Origin: Zygophlyctis sp. KS116
Lineage: Eukaryota > Fungi > Chytridiomycota
Direction of reading: 5' to 3'
Length of the DNA stretch: 5,155 nt
Assembly (NCBI GenBank): GCA_054661495.1
Contig: BAAFSQ010000499.1
Span: 1 to 5,155, forward strand
Shown here: positions 1 through 5,155 of the stretch, in pieces
Layout of the letters: each line of letters starts with the position of its first letter
How positions within the stretch are numbered: position 1 is the first letter of the stretch
Position numbers and translations under genes: made by a program
The notes under the pieces: model-generated
Told to the model about the DNA's origin: nothing
The model's database searches: none
The model's input: only the letters and a program-made list of their open reading frames with translations

Positions 1-16
1 TAAATCTAACCAATAG
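1..16 (+). other. 3' end of a spliceosomal intron of the GT32 gene
   Basis: CTAAC branch-like motif at 6-10, then TAG at 14-16, which is an in-frame stop immediately before the recognisable GT32 coding sequence. Confidence 0.75.
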
Positions 17-759
17 AAATTTAGAGCATGGAGACAGTCTTGGATAAATAATCATCCAAGTTGGATCCATAAGCTATGGACTGATGATGATAACAGGCTT
101 TTTGTATCAACTCACTATCCATGGTTTTTAAGTACGTATGATGAATTACCAAGAGACATTCATCGTATTGATACTGTCCGATATATGTATCTCCACAAAT
201 TCGGCGGTGTATACGTTGATCTGGATTTTGAAAGTATTAGACCAATGGATGAATACTTGAAAGGGAAGCAAATGATTCTAGGACGAATGGGACTTAACGA
301 ATCTTATGAACATTCTATTCCTAATGCTTTAATGGCTTCAATTCCCGAACATCCATTCTGGATCAAAGTACTTGAATATATTACAAAAAATTTAAAAAAG
401 AACTTGTCAGTAGAACAGGTTTATTCAAATATTTAACATTTATAGTTGACTGGACCTGCGATGATTTTTGATGTATACAAAAATTATAAGAATGATAAGT
501 CAATCACTTTGAGTGCAGAAGGTTTTTTAAATTTATTAAACTCTAGATGTTTGGTACCCGTATAGCTGGACTTATGATGATTGGACTGCCACTTGTTCTG
601 CACAAAGAAATACATTTGACGCTGTAAAATGTAAAAAGCATTTTGTCACGAGTAACACTCTGTCTATTACTTATTGGAGTCATTCGTAATTACATTTTAA
701 GATTAATGAATAGATGGGAAGGATCAGAGAATAATGTGATTAAATCTGAAAAGAAATAA
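17..759 (+). CDS. Glycosyltransferase family 32 (DXD sugar-binding; SUR1/CSH1/OCH1-like mannosyltransferase), 5'-partial. Exons 17-418, 446-521, 547-685, 714-759 (220 aa in window)
   Basis: The frame of ORF 185..436 is open upstream to an acceptor at 16 (ctaaccaatag). Spliced translation: KFRAWRQSWINNHPSWIHKLWTDDDNR...DTVRYMYLHKFGGVYVDLDFES...NALMASIPEHPFW...VEQ|LTGPAM...AE|DVWYPYSW...TYWSH-S|WEGSENNVIKSEKK*. The LWTD, RY..L...GGVY.DLD, N..MAS...HPFW, TGP and terminal HSW motifs are typical of GT32. TGP and HSW are restored only by removing the short introns. Confidence 0.9.
419..445 (+). other. Spliceosomal intron, 27 nt, phase 0
   Basis: GTTTAT...TTAAC...TAG, very AT-rich. Removal joins VEQ to LTGP and removes two in-frame stops. 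Confidence 0.88.
522..546 (+). other. Spliceosomal intron, 25 nt, phase 1
   Basis: GTTTTT...TTAAAC TCTAG. Removal restores the frame to DVWYPYSW. Confidence 0.82.
686..713 (+). other. Spliceosomal intron, 28 nt, phase 2
   Basis: GTAATT...TTAAT GAATAG. Removal gives YWSHSW, the GT32 C-terminal motif. Confidence 0.82.
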
Positions 760-774
760 TTTTTAGTATCATGA

Positions 775-780
775 AATAAA
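775..780 (+). promoter_or_regulatory. Candidate polyadenylation signal AATAAA for the GT32 gene
   Basis: AATAAA begins 16 nt after the TAA stop (757-759). A second copy lies at 842-847. The hexamer is common by chance in AT-rich DNA. Confidence 0.35.
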
Positions 781-870
781 TAGATTGCATTTATCCTGAC
801 TAGTCTCCATACTTGTAACCATTTAAGCCATTTTTAAATCGAATAAAAAGGGTTGAAATCGGTTAGAAAA

Positions 871-1493
871 ATGAAAGTTCAACAACCTGCGCCAGCGTTT
901 TCTACTGATGCTCTATTGCCAAACGGTACTTTTGGAACTGTGTCTCTTGACCAGTTTAAAGGAAAATATCTTGTTTTATTCTTTTATCCTTTGGACTTTA
1001 CGTTTGTTTGCCCAACTGAAATTATTGCTTTTTCTGATAGATTTGCAGAATTTGAGAAACTTAATACTGCTGTTGTTGCTTGTTCTGTTGACTCTAAGCA
1101 CTCTCATTTGGCATGGACAAACACGCCAAGAAACAATGGAGGATTGGGAAGTATGAGTATTCCAATTTTATCTGATTTGACTAAATCTATTGCTAAAGAT
1201 TATGGTGTTTTAGTAGAATCTGGGCCAGATTCTGGTATTGCTTTAAGAGGAACATTTGTGATTGATCCAAAAGGAATTTTAAGAATTGCTCATGTCAATG
1301 ATTTACCTATTGGAAGATCTGTTGATGAAGTTTTACGTCTAGTTGAAGCTTTACAGTTTAATGAAGCTCATGGAGAAGGTACTTTTGATTTTTTAAAAAA
1401 ATAGTTTGCCCTGTTAACTGGCATAAAGGAGATCCAACTATGAAGGATGATCCAGTTGCTTCAAAGGCTTATTTTAACAAGGTATGTATTTAA
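871..1493 (+). CDS. TSA1: Typical 2-Cys peroxiredoxin (AhpC/Prx1 subfamily, thioredoxin peroxidase). Exons 871-1378 and 1405-1493 (198 aa); alternative end at 1516 if 1482-1507 is spliced
   Basis: ATG at 871 in an AAAA-ATG context. Peroxidatic motif [14 protein letters not shown], plus DS..SHLAW, GGLG, ALRG.F.ID and [11 protein letters not shown]. After splicing: [12 protein letters not shown] (resolving Cys) and SKAYF (YF motif). Confidence 0.97.
1379..1404 (+). other. Spliceosomal intron, 26 nt, phase 1
   Basis: GTACTT...TTAAAAAAATAG. Removal rebuilds the highly conserved HGEVCP motif exactly (G|TT = Val). Confidence 0.95.
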
Positions 1494-1507
1494 AAATGTG
1501 ATTCAAG
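1482..1507 (+). other. Possible terminal intron of the peroxiredoxin, 26 nt, phase 0
   Basis: Strong donor AAG|GTATGT and modal length to an AAG acceptor, giving ...YFNK|MF*. The unspliced reading ...YFNKVCI* is also viable, and the other acceptors here are TAG. Confidence 0.5.
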
Positions 1508-1555
1508 ATGTTTTAAGATGGATTTAGAGGAAAATCCTCGGAAAAAGTTTAAAAA

Positions 1556-4500
1556 ATGAAGGAATTCATTCTAGGAGTGATTTTTGGAGTTTTGTTTATA
1601 GTTTTTGGAGTGTTCTTGGTATTATACAAGACTAGAATTGTCCCTAAAGTGAGTAAAATTAATGAGGAATGGCCGAGCGCTCTACAGGAATTCATAAAAA
1701 GGAACTTAACTAGGGATGATGCAGACCATTTGGTACAAGATTTAGTTATGAGTCCAACTCTTGATATATCATGGCTTAATCTGATATTTACTAGACTCTT
1801 TCTCTCTCTAAGATCATCAAACTCTTATAAACAATTGACGCTGGAAAGGATTTCCAGGAATATGAATAGGAACTTGAAAAAAGGACTTTTAGTAATTTAC
1901 AATATATAATTATAGAGAGAAATGAATTTGATAGACTTGGATTTGGGGGATAATGCACCAAAAGTAATGGGGGCACGGATTATTAAGAGTTTAACAACTG
2001 ATTTGGCGATTCAAATGGAATTTGATATTTTGTATCAAGGTGGATCTTCAATATCAATAGAAGCAATTATTACAGGATCTATAAAGTTTCCTGCTAGGAT
2101 TTATTTAAATGAATTTGCAGGTCAATTAAGGTTTAGAATGCCAAGTTTAGACTCTCAAGATAAAATTGGAGTTGCTTTTGTCAAAGATCCTGGTGTTAGA
2201 TTTACTATTGATGCTCCATTGTCTGTGAAAACTTCTGAAACTGTTCGTGGGATGGTTAATAGAATATTAGAGTCTATTGCAAGAAAAGTCTTTTTGGATT
2301 TATGGGTTTTGCCATCTTGGAGGACATTTTATTTACCAATGATGAATCCAAGTCCTCATTTTGTAAGTTTTTCTATTAGAATTTAGAAAATTTATGTTTT
2401 GGTATTTAATATTTAGGAATTTAATCAAGAAATAGTGACAGAAAAAGCTTATCCTCCTTCTTTTACCAGTTCAATAGCTTCTAAAGCTGCTACATTATGG
2501 GAAGGAACGGCTCCACTTTTGAAATTTAGGGCGTTTTCAGATTTTGATCCTTTTATAGATTCTAGGCTCTTTCCTACAGATTTAGAAATTTCTACTACAT
2601 CTGTGACACAATTGAAAGTTATGGAAGAGGGGCTGGTAGAGTATTTTATGGAAACAATCAATACGCCTCATACATCAAGTCAAGATGAGACTTCTTTATG
2701 GAAAATTTATAGAAAGAAGGCGGGAGTTGAATATTTTAAGAGAATTATTTCATATAATGATAAAATGATTGAAATGGTTAAAGGAAAGATATCTATTCAG
2801 TGTGATTTTTCCAGAGTATTTTCAGTATGTCTTTTTTTCTAATAAGGTAGTTGTTGTCAAATTCAGAGCATTTTCGGTATATTTCTGATTTCTTTGAGAA
2901 TGCATTATTGCAATCACAATATGATACTAATCAATCTGTCGAAACTTTTCAATTCAAGCGTGTCAAAGTCCCTGTTCATCTATTTGAAGTAAAAAAGCCA
3001 ATAAACGACTCTAGCTTCATAGTGGTATTCAGATCGGTCTTGTGGAAGAGCAATCTAGCTCTAGATAAGGACAAGAAATATGAAACTGAACCTAAAGTAT
3101 CTGTCTCTCATCCAGAGTCTTCAGAAAATAAATTAAGGCACCGCCGCACTTTAAATGGTGATGTTCCTGAATCTGGATATGTGGGAACAGGAGAAAGTAT
3201 AGACCCGAAAATTTACATATTTGGTTATCTTATTGAAATGGCTCCTGAAAAGCCATCGTTGATGTCTAATATCACTCTAATATCTTCTTCTTCACCGGTT
3301 ATATCTTCTCATCTGGCAACTTTTAAATTTTGTGCCAAGCTGAAGTCGTTTATCGAAGAGTTAGTGTCATTATCATCTTCTTTATCTATTCAAGAGTCTA
3401 AGGAGCTTCGTAAGTTGGATGCCCAAGGACCCCGTATTGATAAATTGAAGTCTTATTTTGGATACACTGCGAATCTTATGAAAAACTATAGCTTTATTAA
3501 ATCTCGTGAACTTAATCAGGAGGAGTCTGATGGATCAGATGATGAAAGTGTTTACAGCTCCAAGGTCAATCTTATTGATACAGCATCTGAATTTAATGAT
3601 GTCACTACTGAATTTGACTGTGAAAATTATGTAGATATAACTGTCAACAGCCGAGAAATTTTAAAAATCCCTATAGATTATACGCTCAAGACTGAAAAGG
3701 GGCAGGTCAAATTCAACTGGGAATTTATGTCCGTTACTGAATTGCCTATTTTCTTTGGTATCGAATTTATTCCCTCTGATGGCTTTTTAAGCACACACTA
3801 TGAAAAGACAGACTGTGGCTCTTGGATCATTTTTCCGTTTTCGTGTATTTTAGCTTATTCTAAACCAGCATTTGGTAAACTTTTGATTGATGATTTTCCT
3901 GCTGGAAAGTTTGTTGTTACCTTTGATAATTGGTCGACGACAAAAGGTGCTATTCGTAGGCTGACTACTCGTTGTTGGATATCATATACTTGTTCTCCTT
4001 CAATCGATATTCTAATGAATGAATTATATCAGAGGCCTTTATCTGAATGTCACTTTGAATTTATCATTCCTCGAAAGGCTATCTTGGCTGTTCCTATTCC
4101 TTTTGATTGCATCTTCGCAAATTCTCAAATACCTGAAAAAATACAACTAAACTGGAGTGGAACTGTAGAAGGCGGTGATATCTTCTTTTCCATCTTCTTG
4201 CAAGAGAAGGTCAATGAATCTTTCAGTCAGAGTGAATATGTTGATGAATACCAGGAAATTAAAGATTCTTTAATAGGTTCGAATGAAAGCATCATGGGCG
4301 TAATTTCTAACAAAGTAAAAAATGAAAATAAAGGTGAAAATTCGAAAGCAAAGATATCCAAATTTATAGGAAAAGCCAAGGAAGTCTATAAAGAGGTCAA
4401 GACTGTAATAAACCAGCCCAGATATATTCCGACTTCTGATGTTTCATTAAAATCATCTATCAGCTCGCGAATAAATTCAGTGGTTGTTAAATCAGAAATG

Positions 4501-4761
4501 GCCTCTAGAAAGATAATGCAGGTGATGACATCGGACTCATCTCAGGATTTAGACACCTTATTTCTGGAGTCCTCGCCTTTCATCAGGAATCATCCTAATT
4601 TGAAGAAAATCTTTCCGCATTGCAAACTTAATTCTACCGAACAACCTTTCAAAGGGACTTTGGAAATATCTAAAAAACCAGGGATATACTTCCTTCTTTT
4701 TGAAAATTCACAGGTTTTATCGGCGCCCAAACAAATAACATGCGCCATTACAATAAATTAG
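1556..4761 (+). CDS. Putative membrane-anchored lipid-transfer/tether protein: TM - SMP (Mmm1/PDZD8/TEX2-like) - START-like - two GOLD-like domains. Exons 1556-1891, 1916-2362, 2417-2824, 2851-4761 (1033 aa)
   Basis: ORFs 1556..1909, 1922..2386, 2435..2842 and 2851..4761 join in frame through three GT-AG introns. N-terminal hydrophobic helix FILGVIFGVLFIVFGVFLVLY. SMP-like motifs SWLNLIF.RLF, LDLGDNAP, EFDILYQGG, F.G.LRF, VAFVKDP and WVLP (~1760-2345). START-like motifs WKIY...GVEYF, KGKI.I.....VFSLL, FIVVFRSV and GYLIE (~2690-3365). GOLD-like motifs NWEF...IFFGI...GKFVVTFDN (~3625-3990) and LNW...DIFFSI...PGIYFLLFENS...K (~4050-4758). Confidence 0.8.
1892..1915 (+). other. Spliceosomal intron, 24 nt, phase 0
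   Basis: GTAATT...ATAAT TATAG with two in-frame stops. Removal joins KGLL to REMNLIDLDLG inside the SMP-like domain. Confidence 0.88.
2363..2416 (+). other. Spliceosomal intron, 54 nt, phase 0 (or two tiny introns around a microexon)
   Basis: Canonical GTAAGT donor and TTAAT ATTTAG acceptor. Removal joins SPHF to EFNQEIVTEK in frame. Confidence 0.75.
2825..2850 (+). other. Spliceosomal intron, 26 nt, phase 0
   Basis: GTATGT...CTAAT AAGGTAG. Removal shifts the frame to join RVFS to LLSNSEHF within the START-like domain. Confidence 0.9.
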
Positions 4762-4824
4762 TTCTTCATTATCATTGAAAATTCTAATTATATTCAATCA
4801 CACAGGAGTCCTGTTGGACGGATC

Positions 4825-4876
4825 AGTACGAAACATTCGTGAGAATTATTCGTAAGAATAACGATTGTTTTGTACT
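4825..4876 (+). other. Long imperfect inverted repeat / RNA hairpin with a GNRA-type loop
   Basis: AGTACGAAACATTCGT (4825-4840) pairs with ACGATTGTTTTGTACT (4861-4876) with one G-U and one U-U. It encloses a 6-nt bulge and TATTC-GTAA-GAATA (4847-4860). Function unknown. Confidence 0.55.
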
Positions 4877-5155
4877 AAATACCAATTCGCAATGTTATTC
4901 ATAAAGTTATTATCTATTCCAATTCGAGCATTTTGCCTATACTTTGCTCAAAGATCTGTAACATGCCGAGAAGATGACAACATTTGTAGCCTATTCCCAT
5001 TGACAATAGCATATATGTATCCTTTTCAGAGTTTCCTTGCAAGAATGATAGCACTGGGTGCCAAATCTGTGAATGACTGGGTTGTCCGAACTTTAGAGTA
5101 TGAAGCCACATTCGGTTAGGCAAATAATGAGCATCCTGCGTGGTCGCCTTGGTCA

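Noticed and set aside
853-870. TTG start extending the peroxiredoxin N-terminus
   Set aside because: Eukaryotic context. The ATG at 871 has an A-rich context and matches the normal Prx start (MKVQQPAP.F).
908-1156. 82-aa Leu-rich ORF
   Set aside because: Alternate-frame shadow of the peroxiredoxin caused by T-ending codons.
1482-1556. Splice fusion of the peroxiredoxin to the SMP protein
   Set aside because: The only acceptor in the right frame (1507) is followed by TAA at 1514-1516, and that frame has another stop at 1550-1552. The other AGs are out of frame.
1573-1611. Repeated TTTTTGGAGT / GGAGT motif
   Set aside because: Explained by the repeated FGV/GV residues of the transmembrane helix; not a CRISPR or regulatory repeat.
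1791-1976. 61-aa minus-strand ORF
   Set aside because: Antisense to SMP exons and crosses an intron; no recognisable motif.
1892-2416. Stop-codon reassignment (TAA/TAG = Gln) or readthrough linking same-frame ORFs
   Set aside because: Stops occur only inside intron-like segments, the 636-codon exon has none, other junctions need frame changes, and the genes end in TAA or TAG.
2449-2661. 70-aa minus-strand ORF
   Set aside because: Antisense shadow of exon 3 of the large gene.
185-4761. Prokaryotic operon or frameshifted pseudogenes
   Set aside because: Every break coincides with an AT-rich GT...AG segment of near-constant length whose removal restores conserved motifs (HGEVCP, TGP, HSW). 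SMP and GOLD domains and the GGLG/YF Prx point to a eukaryote.
4801-4835. Hammerhead ribozyme (GAGTCC-loop-GGAC, GAAAC, and CTGAT on the minus strand)
   Set aside because: Neither strand has the full CUGANGA and GAAA core flanking stem II. The plus strand reads CACAGGA/GGA and the minus strand reads CTGATCC/TCC.
4952-4975. U2 snRNA 5'-like (ATCTTCTCGGC...AGATC, minus) or U6-like GAGAAGAT (plus)
   Set aside because: No GTAGTA branch-pairing sequence for U2, and no ACAGAGA box or AGC triad context for U6.
5027-5036. RNase P/MRP CR-I-like GGAAACTCTG on the minus strand
   Set aside because: No downstream CR-V sequence able to form helix P4 was found.
5114-5120. Telomerase-template-like CCTAACC (minus strand)
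   Set aside because: A 7-mer is expected by chance, the telomere repeat of this organism is unknown, and no pseudoknot was identified.
4865-5123. ORFs 4865..5119 (+) and 4914..5123 (-) as annotated CDS
   Set aside because: Non-ATG starts and no recognisable motifs; the minus ORF has many G/C-ending codons, unlike the real genes. The minus frame is open to the window edge, so a convergent gene end is not excluded but cannot be supported.

Overview
AT-rich, very compact eukaryotic genomic DNA using the standard genetic code. The fragmented ORF track is explained by tiny GT-AG spliceosomal introns, mostly 24-28 nt. Manual splicing gives three co-oriented + strand genes. (1) The 3' part of a GT32 DXD-motif glycosyltransferase (SUR1/OCH1-like; 17-759). 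(2) A typical 2-Cys peroxiredoxin (871-1493, or 871-1516 with a possible last intron), whose resolving-Cys motif appears only after splicing. (3) A ~1033-aa protein (1556-4761) that joins four listed ORFs and reads, by motif recognition, as N-terminal TM - SMP - START-like - GOLD - split GOLD. This is a candidate membrane-contact-site lipid-transfer protein with a domain combination I do not recognise from characterised proteins. Intergenic gaps are only about 40-110 nt. The last ~350 nt are unexplained and contain several hairpins. Domain calls are by eye, not database searches, and the organism cannot be identified from this window.
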